Positions 45,719 to 54,905 of a stretch of DNA of 64,000 nt are shown one piece after another (position 1 is the stretch's first letter; each line of letters opens with the position of its first letter). The translations under genes and the position numbers were made by a program. The DNA is taken from positions 14,723 through 78,722 of the forward strand of contig CAYQLZ010000010.1 in NCBI GenBank assembly GCA_964418665.1, written 5' to 3'. The notes under the pieces were generated by a model, which saw nothing but the letters and a program-made list of their open reading frames with translations, was not told the origin of the DNA and made no database searches. This stretch comes from an uncultured Dehalococcoidia bacterium. Its GTDB lineage: Bacteria; Chloroflexota; Dehalococcoidia; Lucifugimonadales; GCA-2712585.

Positions 45719-46795
45719 GTGGCCCGTTCCCTCGCAGCCATGGGCTACAAAGCTCCGACTCCCATTCAGGCAGAGGTAATTCCCCTGGTACAATCCGGTC
45801 AGGACGTCGTAGGCCAGGCCCAGACGGGCACCGGCAAGACCGCTTCCTTCGGCATCCCCCTCGTGGAGATGGTAGACACCCGATCATCCCACATCCAGGC
45901 CCTGATTCTCGCCCCGACGCGTGAACTAGCCATGCAGGTGCGGGACGAACTGCTCCGCCTGGGCGAGTACCGGGGCGTCAAAACCGTGGCCATCTACGGC
46001 GGACAGTCCATGAATAAGCAACTGACCGCCCTCAGCCGGCCTTCCCACATCATCGTTGCCACTCCCGGCCGTCTCATGGACCACATGGAACGGGGAACCA
46101 TCCAACTGGACCAGATTAAGGCTGCCGTCCTCGACGAAGCTGACCAGATGCTGGATATCGGATTCGCACCTGACATCGCCTACATACTCCGGCGCACCCC
46201 TCGTTCACGTCAGACACTGCTGTTTTCCGCCACCATGCCCGGGCCCATCCGCACCCTCGCCTATCGATACCTGCGCAGTCCCGAGTGGATCAGAGTCGGA
46301 GGAGAAGCGGAACCGGTGAAGGAGGTGCGTCAGGTCTACTATGAAGTCGCTGAACGAGACCGCACCAGGCTTCTCCACTCTCTCCTCAAGGGTTCGGAGA
46401 CCATTACCCAGGCCCTCATCTTCCGTCGCACCAAGGCTGGCGTGGACTGGCTGGAACGCGATCTACGTCGGAGCGGGTTCGACGCCCAGGCCATACACGG
46501 CGATATGACTCAGTCCCAGCGAAACAGCGTCATCAAGCGCTTCCGCGCAAAGGACCTGCGCATTCTCGTAGCGACCAACGTGGCATCGCGCGGCCTCGAT
46601 ATCCCAGCCGTCTCCCACGTCATCAACTACGACATGCCGGACAACCTGGAAGAGTACGTCCACCGCATTGGCCGCACTGCCCGCATGGGCCGTCCCGGCA
46701 CCGCAATAATCTTTGCCTCCGAATGGGACTTCGACACCCTAGACCTCATCCAGAACCATGTCGGCGATCAGCTGGAGCTGGCAGTTCCTGTCTAA
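45719..46795 (+). CDS. DEAD-box ATP-dependent RNA helicase (N-terminus unresolved)
   Basis: PTPIQ, AQTGTGKT, DEAD, SAT and HRIGRTAR motifs. The GTG at 45719 truncates the Q-motif region; see findings. Confidence 0.85.
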   Translation: MARSLAAMGYKAPTPIQAEVIPLVQSGQDVVGQAQTGTGKTASFGIPLVEMVDTRSSHIQALILAPTRELAMQVRDELLRLGEYRGVKTVAIYGGQSMNKQLTALSRPSHIIVATPGRLMDHMERGTIQLDQIKAAVLDEADQMLDIGFAPDIAYILRRTPRSRQTLLFSATMPGPIRTLAYRYLRSPEWIRVGGEAEPVKEVRQVYYEVAERDRTRLLHSLLKGSETITQALIFRRTKAGVDWLERDLRRSGFDAQAIHGDMTQSQRNSVIKRFRAKDLRILVATNVASRGLDIPAVSHVINYDMPDNLEEYVHRIGRTARMGRPGTAIIFASEWDFDTLDLIQNHVGDQLELAVPV

Positions 46796-46801
46796 CCTCT
46801 C

Positions 46802-48160
46802 CTACTTCACCGCCATCAGGTCGTAGGCCAACGCCAGCATAATCTTCGTCCCGCTTACTAGGCTCTTAATCCCGATGGACTCGTTAGTCCCGTGAATGTG
46901 GTCCAGCAACGGATCATCCTCGGGATGAGACCCGCTGAAGCCGTAGGTAGTCGTTCCCAATGGCCGCAGAAACCGCGAATCCGTAAAGCCCGTCGATACC
47001 GAAGGTATCCAGTTCAGGTCCTGCCTTTCAAGACTCAGATTCGTCGCTTCCCTGATCCGCCGGGCGAAGTCCGTCTCGTAGTCGGAACTGTTCGGTACCG
47101 CCATATAGTCTATCTCCACGTCCACCCCCTCGATGCCCTCCAGAATTCCCTCCAGTTCCTTCCTGGTATAAGCGTCGTCCTGGTGTGGAAGCGTCCGAAC
47201 GTCGCAAGTAATCCGGCACATCTCGGGCACGCTGTTGGACTTGATGCCGCCTTCAATCATCGTAGGCGTCAATGTCATCCGAGACAGCGCTCTCAGAATA
47301 GAACCCAGCTGCCTGTTCCGGCTCCCCACCTCCTCGATAATGGCGTCCACGTTTTCTGGAGTAGCTACGTCTTCAATGGCCATGCTGGAAAGGTAGTTGA
47401 AGATGGATGAGGAAGTATCCCGCTCAGCCTCGTAGGCCTCCAGCCGCTTCAGAATCTCCGCCACCTTGAAATTCGCGTTGTCCCCAAACCACGGAGTGGA
47501 AGCGTGGGCGCTGGTACCCCTCACATCCAGCTTTACCTCCAGGCGACCCTTCTCTCCCACTCCCAACAGATACGTGGTCGTTCCAGCCACGTTCAGGTGC
47601 GTTCCGCCACCCTCATTCACTGCCAGGGGCGCACGGATCTTCTCCGGATGGTGCTCAGCCAGCCAGCCGAACCCGTATCGTCCACCGCTCTCCTCGTCGG
47701 CCCCGGAAGCCAGCACCAGATTATCCGAGAGCTTCACCCCGTTCCTCTGCAGCAAGGTCATCGCCATCATCTGGCAGGCCAACAGACCCTTGCAGTCCGA
47801 GGCTCCGCGCCCGTACACCCTGCCGTCATCCACCTCCGCGCCAAAGGGGTCGTAGTCCCACTTCGCCGCGTCCTCCACCGGCACCACGTCCAGATGCGAC
47901 ATCAGCAGCAGCTTGTTCTCTCCGGACTCTCCCGGCATCTGGGCAATCAGGTTCCCCCTATCCTTGTCCGATTCCAGAATCTCGGACGAAATTCCCCGCT
48001 GCGCCAGCCACTGCCGGGCGTACTCCGCCGCTTCCGTCTCGTTGCCGGTTGGCATAAACCCCGTGTTCACAGAAGGTACCCGGACCAGCTCCCTGTGGAG
48101 ATTCAAAAGCTCGTCGAAATTCTGGTCAACCTGTGCCAACATTGCATTCAACTGGGACAT
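46802..48160 (-). CDS. M20/M25/M40 family metallohydrolase
   Basis: AAGGAGG RBS. LLLMSHLDVVPV and RVYGRGASDCKG motifs, 452 aa. Confidence 0.85.
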   Translation of the reverse strand: MSQLNAMLAQVDQNFDELLNLHRELVRVPSVNTGFMPTGNETEAAEYARQWLAQRGISSEILESDKDRGNLIAQMPGESGENKLLLMSHLDVVPVEDAAKWDYDPFGAEVDDGRVYGRGASDCKGLLACQMMAMTLLQRNGVKLSDNLVLASGADEESGGRYGFGWLAEHHPEKIRAPLAVNEGGGTHLNVAGTTTYLLGVGEKGRLEVKLDVRGTSAHASTPWFGDNANFKVAEILKRLEAYEAERDTSSSIFNYLSSMAIEDVATPENVDAIIEEVGSRNRQLGSILRALSRMTLTPTMIEGGIKSNSVPEMCRITCDVRTLPHQDDAYTRKELEGILEGIEGVDVEIDYMAVPNSSDYETDFARRIREATNLSLERQDLNWIPSVSTGFTDSRFLRPLGTTTYGFSGSHPEDDPLLDHIHGTNESIGIKSLVSGTKIMLALAYDLMAVK

Positions 48161-48219
48161 GGGATGCCTCCTTGCGAATTTGTGTGATTCCCCAAGCCTA
48201 CCGAGAGTTTGAATTGTCT

Positions 48220-48939
48220 CTAGGACAACCCTCGCACGGCTCCATTGGGGGATTCCGTTGTGAAGACTTCACCGCGACAGTACCGACTCCACCCGCCGTT
48301 GCGATACAGGGTAACGTTCCCCTCGCCCAATACCTCCCAACCCCTCTCGCTCAGCAGGCACCCGCTCTGGGCATCGATCCCCAACACACTGACGCCCTCG
48401 GGCAGCGCACCATCTAGGCTGGCCGAAACCGCCGCAGGATCCCGTCCCTCGTGGTGGGGAAGCACCGCAATACCGGGACAGATTCCCAACCCTTCAACCC
48501 ACCGACCACTCCTCGGAGATCGCATGAACTGCCCCATAACCATGGCCCCAGCGCTGGAACCCGCCAGAATTCCACCCTTCCTTCTCCATGCCAACACCCG
48601 CTCCCAAAGCAGGGAATCCCTCAGCGCCTCCAGTAGATATTCCGGGCTCCCACCGCTGAAATAAACGTGGGAAAACCCATCCAATGCCACCGCAAGTTCG
48701 GGCACGTTCGCGTCCTCCGCATTGAGCGCCATCAGTGGCAGCGCCCGCGCCCCCAGGCTCTTGAAGTAGGAAACGCCGTTGGCCGCGGCCAATTCCGGCT
48801 TCCCTTCGGCAGCCGCGGCTGTGGGAATAACCAACACCGACGGACTCTCGGAACGAGATTGTTCCAACAAAGCCATGTCCATACTTCTGCAGCCAGGGCG
48901 AAACTCGTCGCCCCCAACAAGCGCAATCTGCCCAAACAT
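48220..48939 (-). CDS. peptidase S51-like (cyanophycinase/dipeptidase E family)
   Basis: VYFSGGSPEYLLEAL and ILAGSSAGAMVMG (nucleophile Ser context), 239 aa. Confidence 0.65.
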   Translation of the reverse strand: MFGQIALVGGDEFRPGCRSMDMALLEQSRSESPSVLVIPTAAAAEGKPELAAANGVSYFKSLGARALPLMALNAEDANVPELAVALDGFSHVYFSGGSPEYLLEALRDSLLWERVLAWRRKGGILAGSSAGAMVMGQFMRSPRSGRWVEGLGICPGIAVLPHHEGRDPAAVSASLDGALPEGVSVLGIDAQSGCLLSERGWEVLGEGNVTLYRNGGWSRYCRGEVFTTESPNGAVRGLS

Positions 48940-49029
48940 GGCACTATCCTACCAAAATACATCCAGGTTGACGATGATATCGCCTTCGCCCTATCCTTGA
49001 ACTACCACTCTGCACATAGAGGAGATTCC

Positions 49030-49929
49030 TTGAACGAAGAACTCTCCCATATCCTTGAAGTCACCTATCCGGAGATGGCCTGCACGGGCTTTCGCTTTAC
49101 GGAAGGACCCCTCTGGGGCCCCGACGGGTTCATCTACTTTGTTGATATCCGCCGCGATCTCCAGCTGCGTTGGAGCCGCGCCACCGGCACCCAGATTGTC
49201 CGCAGAGACTCCGGCGAGGGCAACGGCACCACCTTCGACAAGGACGGCCGCATGATTATGTGCGAAGGCAGTCTCCGCCGGGTCACGCAAATGCAGGAGG
49301 ACGGCACCTGGGTCGACATTGCCAGCAGATACGAAGGCAAGCGCATCAACCGTCCCAACGACGTGGTCTGCCGCTCCGACGGTACAATCTACTTCACCGA
49401 CCCCGCAGGTCGCCTTCCCCCGGAGGAGCGGGACCTGGACTTCGCCGGCGTCATGATGATCTCCACCGACGGCTCCCTATCCGTGGCCACCGATGAATGC
49501 GAATATCCAAACGGCCTCGCCTTCTCTCCCGACGAGAAGACCATGTATGTGGCCATCAGCCGCCTCGACGAGTCCTGCATCGCCACAAAGGAGCGCGGCG
49601 AAGTCTGCCCCCACCAGTACATCCGCGCATTCGACGTTCAACCCGACGGGTCCCTGACCAACAACCGCATCTTTGCCGACATGTCCTCTGCCGTCGACGG
49701 GGTCCCTGACGGGATGAAGGTAGATGTGGAGGGACGCGTCTTCTGCACAGGTGCCGGCGGATGCTGGATCTTCGACTCAAACGGAAATCACCTCGGCACA
49801 ATCCGGCTGCCGGAGGTGCCAGCCAACCTCGCTTTCGGCGGCCCCGACCGCCAAGACCTCTTCCTCACCGCCCGCACTTCCGTCTATCTGCTGCGGACAC
49901 ACCGGCCCGGCCTGCCAGGCCATCCCTAA
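49030..49929 (+). CDS. SMP-30/gluconolactonase/LRE-like protein
   Basis: FRFTEGPLWGPDG, GNGTTFDKDGR, NRPNDVVCRSDGTIYFTDP, PNGLAFSPDEK and DGMKVD. TTG 49030 is chosen because GGAGA lies just upstream; the track start 48667 runs antisense through the S51 gene. Confidence 0.8.
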   Translation: MNEELSHILEVTYPEMACTGFRFTEGPLWGPDGFIYFVDIRRDLQLRWSRATGTQIVRRDSGEGNGTTFDKDGRMIMCEGSLRRVTQMQEDGTWVDIASRYEGKRINRPNDVVCRSDGTIYFTDPAGRLPPEERDLDFAGVMMISTDGSLSVATDECEYPNGLAFSPDEKTMYVAISRLDESCIATKERGEVCPHQYIRAFDVQPDGSLTNNRIFADMSSAVDGVPDGMKVDVEGRVFCTGAGGCWIFDSNGNHLGTIRLPEVPANLAFGGPDRQDLFLTARTSVYLLRTHRPGLPGHP

Positions 49930-50003
49930 CCTATCCCATGTGACCCTGTCCTCCCCAAAGGAGAAAGGCAGATATGGGAATAAACCCACCAAAGGAGACA
50001 ATC

Positions 50004-50729
50004 ATGACCACCATTGCTCCCAGCTATCCTGAAGTTGGAGATATCTCTCCGAATTTCACCCTGCCATCCCTCCACGGCAACCTCATCTCCATCTCCTCCT
50101 ACAGGGGCAGGAAGGTCATCGTATTCATGTGGGCCTCCTGGTGAGGATGCCGCGGTCAGCTGCCGGTCTGGCAGCAGTTCTACCGTGAACACGCCGGGAA
50201 GGATGTGGTCATCCTATCCGTCGCCGTGGACGCCCAGGGCGCAGAGAAGGCCCTCCCCTTCGTCGAGAGCGCAGGCGCCACCTTCTCAACCGTAGTGGAC
50301 AGGAACAACCTGCTCAGCCGCATATTCGGCTTCAAGGCTATCCCCAACGCGATATTCATTGACGAAGACGGCGTCATCCAGTATCTGAAGTACTCCGGCT
50401 TCGATATCATCAAGGCCGAATACAGGCAAATCGCCGAAGCATGGGTGTCCACCGGAGAAATGCCCGAACTCGACTCGCCGCAAGACGCCAATGTTACCGA
50501 TTCTGAAAGCAGCCACTCGGAGGCCGTCCGACTCTTCGACGAAGGCATGAGCCTCTATAACGCCGGGCAGGTAGAAAAGGCGCTTGTCCTCTGGAGAAAA
50601 GGCGTAGCCCTGGAACCTGACAACTACGTCATCAGAAAGCAGATATGGGCCGTGGAAAACCCGGACAGGTTCTACGAAGGCGACGTGGACTACGATTGGC
50701 AGAAGGGCCAGCTGGCCCGGGGGCTCTAA
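50004..50729 (+). CDS. TlpA/redoxin-like thiol:disulfide oxidoreductase, probable selenoprotein (Sec at TGA 50142-50144)
   Basis: ATG 50004 has AAAGGAGA 5 nt upstream. The same frame runs through the TGA at 50142 into track ORF 50205..50729. It reads ...GRKVIVFMWASW-U-GCRGQLP...VVILSVAVD, the redoxin signature, and a SECIS-like hairpin lies downstream. Confidence 0.65.
50151..50187 (+). promoter_or_regulatory. candidate bacterial SECIS element
   Basis: Upper stem GCTGCC/GGCAGC (50159-50164 / 50170-50175) with a GGTCT loop. Lower stem 50151-50156 / 50182-50187 (one G-U pair). It starts 7 nt after the TGA. Confidence 0.55.
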
Positions 50730-51968
50730 CCCACCAACGCCCCTTTTACCACTTGCCCTGACTGAATCACAACCTGCACGTTGGACTTATCCTGCAATAG
50801 CCGGATATCCTCCAGCGGGTCTCCGTCCACGATAATCACGTCCGCCAGCTTCCCAGCCTGCAGCGTGCCCACCTCATCGACTATTCCAAACAGCTCGGCA
50901 TTGTTTCGGGTGGCGCAAATCAGGCTCTCCATCGGACCAAGCACGTTTGCCTGCAACTCCAGCGATAGCGCCCTCCCTTCGGCGTAAGGCCCGAAGACGT
51001 CCGAACCGGACCCTATCTTGAGGCCCACGGACTGCGCTATCTCCAGGCTCTGCCCACCCACGTCCCGCACCGTGTTTATCTTCTCCAACATGGACTCCGG
51101 CGCTCCGTTCGCCCTTCCATATCTGCTAGACATTTCGAAGATTGCCAGCGTAGGCACCAGAAAAACGTCGCTCTCCTTCATCAACGACGCTGATTCTTCG
51201 TCCATAAAATTGCCATGCTCGATGGATCGGATCCCAGCCTCCACGCAATTCTTGATGCCCTGTGGGACGTAAACATGAGCACAGACGTATTTCCTCACCG
51301 CCCGCGCCTCATACACCGCCGCCGCCAGCTCCTCCACGGTGTACTGCGGGTCTTCCACCGCGTCCGTGGGCGAGGCCGCTCCACCGCCCGCCATAATCTT
51401 GATCTGGTCGGCGCCCGTTCGCAGCTGCCACCGGGTGGCGTAACGCACCTGGTCCGCGCCGTCCGCGATGGCCGAACCGGCCATCAGCGGATGATCGTGA
51501 TGCTCGCTGCGACGGTCGTGGCGTAGCCGGTGGTCCCCATGTCCCCCCGTTTGAGAAATAGGTCCGTTGCTCACGAACATGCGGGGGGCCCGGGATAAGT
51601 CCCCGCTCCACCGACTCCTTGAAGCTCCAGTCACATCCGCCCGTGTCCCGAATGGTCGTATAGCCCTGCATCAGCGTATTTTCGATGTTCCGCGCCACCG
51701 AATAGGCAAAGACGACCCCGGGATGCTTGTCCTCGTATTCGGCAATCTTCGCTTCCAGCAGCGCCATGTGGGCGTGGGCGTCCATCAGGCCCGGCATCAC
51801 GGTTCGCCCTCCCACGTCAACCATCCTGGCGTCACGAGGAATTGAAACGCTTTCGGCCGCCCCCACGTCCTGAATCCGGTCCCCGTTGATCACCAGCGTT
51901 CCCCCCACAATGGGGTCCCGGCCGGTGCAGTCTATGATATTAGCGTTGCAAAGCGCATACGTATCCAT
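50726..51968 (-). pseudogene. amidohydrolase (COG1228-like), interrupted by a +1 frameshift in a C6/G6 run
   Basis: Two overlapping track ORFs (51309..51983 and 50726..51634) together read ...MPGLMDAHAHM...ERGLIPGP | RMFVSNGPISQTGGHGD.... Removing one G from GGGGGG at 51583-51588 joins them. Confidence 0.75.
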
Positions 51969-52078
51969 GCTCACCCCCAACATTCGCTTTAGGATAACCA
52001 GCCCCGCCCTTCATTCCGATGAACCCGAATTCCAGGGCCTGAAAAGCGTCACACTGAATAGGCGCCGGCCCCCAATGC

Positions 52079-52645
52079 TTAATTCCTCGCGGACGCATCC
52101 TCGAAAGTACCCGCATCCAGGTCGAAGATATGCTCCCGCGCCCCATCGCCACCCATAAGCAATGCCAGGCAGACGGGCTTGTCTCCCTGCGCCCACTGGC
52201 GATGCACGTTCTTTGGCGGATCGTACCACGCCCGAACGTCTCCCCTGGTCATCCTGCCGTCCGACACCACCTTCAGGTCCGAATGCCCCGGCCTTTGGTC
52301 ATCGTCCTGCCGCTCCCACACCGTGAATCGTTCTTCGCCGTGAATGACGCACTCTACACCCCAGCGATAGTGGCTGTGGACCGGAGTCGGCTCGTCTGGC
52401 GGGAAATAGGTGACTGAAAGCTGGAAGTCTCCTCCTTCCTTCTTGTGGAGCCACCGCCCCGTCAGCCCCCCCGGATTCTCCGCTGGCACGCCTTGCGACG
52501 TAAGGTCGCCGCCCTCCATTACCAGCCGCCTGAGATTCGCGCCGATGGCCTCTAGAACCTCGGGCCCTGTCCCGTCCCTCTGGATAGTCTCATTCACAAA
52601 CCCCACAAAGTCCTCCACCGAATAGGTAACTGCTTCAGAATCCAT
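52079..52645 (-). CDS. cupin-fold protein, cysteine dioxygenase type I-like
   Basis: 188 aa. PVHSHYRWGVECVIHGEE cupin motif 1 and a beta-rich C-terminus. The family call is tentative. Confidence 0.5.
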   Translation of the reverse strand: MDSEAVTYSVEDFVGFVNETIQRDGTGPEVLEAIGANLRRLVMEGGDLTSQGVPAENPGGLTGRWLHKKEGGDFQLSVTYFPPDEPTPVHSHYRWGVECVIHGEERFTVWERQDDDQRPGHSDLKVVSDGRMTRGDVRAWYDPPKNVHRQWAQGDKPVCLALLMGGDGAREHIFDLDAGTFEDASARN

Positions 52646-52706
52646 TGCCGTTAAAGCCTCCTGTTTTGTTCGCTCCGGCTGACACCGAAAGCGTTCCCGG
52701 CGCTCC

Positions 52707-54245
52707 CTAAATCGCCTGGTTATACCGAATGTGGGCCTCTCCCTCGCCCAGGTGCCATTGTCCGTAAAATCTCTGCACGTGGGGCAGCAATTCCTGTGCC
52801 ACCGCTATCCGCTCCAATTCCGCTTCGCTTAGTTCCCGGGAAAGAGAATCTCTCAGGGCTTTCCACACCTCTGCCTTGTTTACTCTTGTCATCTCTCGGT
52901 CCTTCATCAGTACCTCCCCCTCCACAATCACCGTAGCCACGTCCAGACCTCGTCCTCTGTACAACAGTGCGTCCACTGCGTTGGTTCCTGCATCCAGGTA
53001 GGGTTCGTTGATGTGCTTCATATCCACCAGCACCGCGTCCGCCCGCTTTCCCACCTCCAGCGTTCCTACGTTGTCGCCAAAGAAGGTTGCCTTCGCCCCG
53101 TTGGCGGTGGCGAGCCGTAGCACCTGGTGCGACGTCGGTGCGGGACTGTACACCCCCGGTTCGCGATGAATCTTGTGGACAAGACGCATCTCCTGGATCA
53201 TGTCGTTGTCGTCGTTAAGGCCCGCTTCATCGATCCCGAGGGCAACGCCCACGCCGTTTGCCAGCATCTTGTTCAGGGGGGCGATGCCGCTCTTCAGCCG
53301 CAGGTTGGAGCTGGCGTTATGACAGACCATGGTGCCCGTCTCAGCAAGGGTGCGAATGTCGGAGTCGGTAATCCAGACGCCGTGGGCGCAGGACACCTCC
53401 GGCCCCGTGAATCCCAGGTCCCGCAGGTGCGCAAGGGGCGTCTTGCCCCAGGTCCGGATGCCGTACAGCTTCTGATAGAAGCTCTCCTGCAAGTGAATGT
53501 GGATTCCCGTACCATGACGTGCCGCCGCTTCCTTCACCGACTCCATGAAGCTGTCGTTGCACCACTGCACGTTGCCCGGACTGAGGAAGATACGGATGCG
53601 AGAATCGTCCCCGAAGTCACAACTCAGTCCCTCGAAGAGATCCACGTACTCTTCCGTAGACATCTGAGTCTCCACCAAGCGCTGGTTGATCCGGTTTGCC
53701 AAGTCCCGGGGTAGCCTGGCCAGAAATCGCTCATCCTCCTCGTATGCCACCCGGTTCTGGTCGCGGTGGGAGAAGGAAAACGCCACCCGCATCCCCGCGT
53801 CCTGGTACGCCTTGAGCACCTCGGAGCCCGAATCGTGGAATCCGCTGCCTTCCGTCTTTCGCCACGTGGCGTGATTGTGCATCACCGTGGTGATTCCCGC
53901 CTCGATCATCTGAATGGCGCAATAGAGCGTGTCCAGATAATTGTCCACGTCGCGGTTCATCGTTCGGACCACAATCCACGGCTCCAGGGCCAGGTCCGGG
54001 CTGCCCAATTGGAAGGGGGTGAGGCCAACGTGGTGATGGGCGTTCACAAGTCCCGGAATCACCATCTGGCTGCCGTCTCCCACGACCTCATCGGGCGAAA
54101 AGCGCGACATCAGTTCGTCGAACTTGCCCACCTCTACAATGGCGCCGTTCTCCTGATAAATGGCGCCGTCGCCGATAATCTCGCTGGAGTTGTCGTCGAT
54201 GACCCGGGTCACGACATGCTTGCCCCTGATGATGGAAGAGGCCAT
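52707..54245 (-). CDS. amidohydrolase (aminohydrolase/deaminase-like, SsnA/TrzA-type)
   Basis: IPGLVNAHHHVG metal motif, GIHIHLQES, HGVW, 512 aa. GAGGGA RBS. Confidence 0.8.
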   Translation of the reverse strand: MASSIIRGKHVVTRVIDDNSSEIIGDGAIYQENGAIVEVGKFDELMSRFSPDEVVGDGSQMVIPGLVNAHHHVGLTPFQLGSPDLALEPWIVVRTMNRDVDNYLDTLYCAIQMIEAGITTVMHNHATWRKTEGSGFHDSGSEVLKAYQDAGMRVAFSFSHRDQNRVAYEEDERFLARLPRDLANRINQRLVETQMSTEEYVDLFEGLSCDFGDDSRIRIFLSPGNVQWCNDSFMESVKEAAARHGTGIHIHLQESFYQKLYGIRTWGKTPLAHLRDLGFTGPEVSCAHGVWITDSDIRTLAETGTMVCHNASSNLRLKSGIAPLNKMLANGVGVALGIDEAGLNDDNDMIQEMRLVHKIHREPGVYSPAPTSHQVLRLATANGAKATFFGDNVGTLEVGKRADAVLVDMKHINEPYLDAGTNAVDALLYRGRGLDVATVIVEGEVLMKDREMTRVNKAEVWKALRDSLSRELSEAELERIAVAQELLPHVQRFYGQWHLGEGEAHIRYNQAI

Positions 54246-54311
54246 AGTTTCCCTCGGCGTTCAAGAATTGACAGCCCCAGTATATCCCCAACCATCCACA
54301 CTGTCACTCAA

Positions 54312-54342
54312 ACCCACCCCACCTCCCATCACAGGGGTGGGT
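54312..54342 (-). terminator. possible terminator after rnpB
   Basis: 9-bp perfect stem ACCCACCCC / GGGGTGGGT with a 13-nt loop, about 30 nt 3' of the RNase P RNA end on the minus strand. The T-tract is weak. Confidence 0.4.
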
Positions 54343-54369
54343 CCTTGCATTGGACCATACTTCGATAAA

Positions 54370-54778
54370 GAGGAAGAAAGAAGGGCCTGTAAGCCGGGTT
54401 CTGTATCCCTAATCGGGGTGGCGACCATCTATCTAGCCCTTCCACCTCCGTGGGGGTGGAATCACCGGTGCGCCGGTGACGACGTTGCCGCCGGGGTCGT
54501 GCGGCCTACCCGGGGAAGGGCCGGGCGCCCTGCTCCCCCTATTTGGCCTTGCTCCGAGTGGGGTTTGACTGCCGATGCGTCACCACAGCCGGCCGTGAGC
54601 TCTTACCTCACGATTTCAACCTTATCCCACTGCGTGGGACGGTGTGTTTCTGTGTCACTTTCCGTGACCGCCGCCCATTGGACCGCGGCCCCTGGGCGTT
54701 ACCCAGCACCCTGCCCGGTGGAGCCCGGACTTTCCTCTCCGCCGAAGCGCAGCGGCCGCCCGGCCCTTCTAATCTTCC
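54370..54778 (-). ncRNA. rnpB: RNase P RNA, bacterial type A
   Basis: The minus strand contains GGAGAGGAAAGTCCGGGCTCCACCGGGCAGGGTGCTGGGTAACGCCCAGGGG (rc of about 54690-54740), GGAGCAAGGCCAAATAGGGGG, and ACAGAACCCGGCTTACAGG (rc of 54386-54404). P1 pairs GAAGATTAGAAGGGCC with GGCCCTTCTTTCTTC. Ends are accurate to about +/-5 nt. Confidence 0.92.
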
Positions 54779-54905
54779 ATTTCAAATGTACCACGCCCAC
54801 CGTCCGGATAACCACTGTCAATTCAATACGTAGGCTTCGATTAGGCAAGGTTAGGACTAGAGCGGATTTCCCACTCGCAGAGTCCCGAGTCAGTGGAGAG
54901 GCGAA

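Noticed and set aside
48667-49029. 5' extension of the gluconolactonase ORF (track start 48667)
   Set aside because: The extension is antisense to the S51 peptidase gene and is Arg/Gly/His-rich. SMP-30 homology only begins after the TTG at 49030.
50014-50295. 93-aa ORF overlapping the redoxin locus in another frame
   Set aside because: The product is Ser/Pro-rich and motif-free. The TGA-containing frame gives a complete redoxin signature and has a proper RBS and ATG.
54779-54905. TTGACA upstream of rnpB as a promoter
   Set aside because: No acceptable -10 hexamer lies 16-19 nt downstream. The nearest TACATT is about 25 nt away, so no promoter is called.
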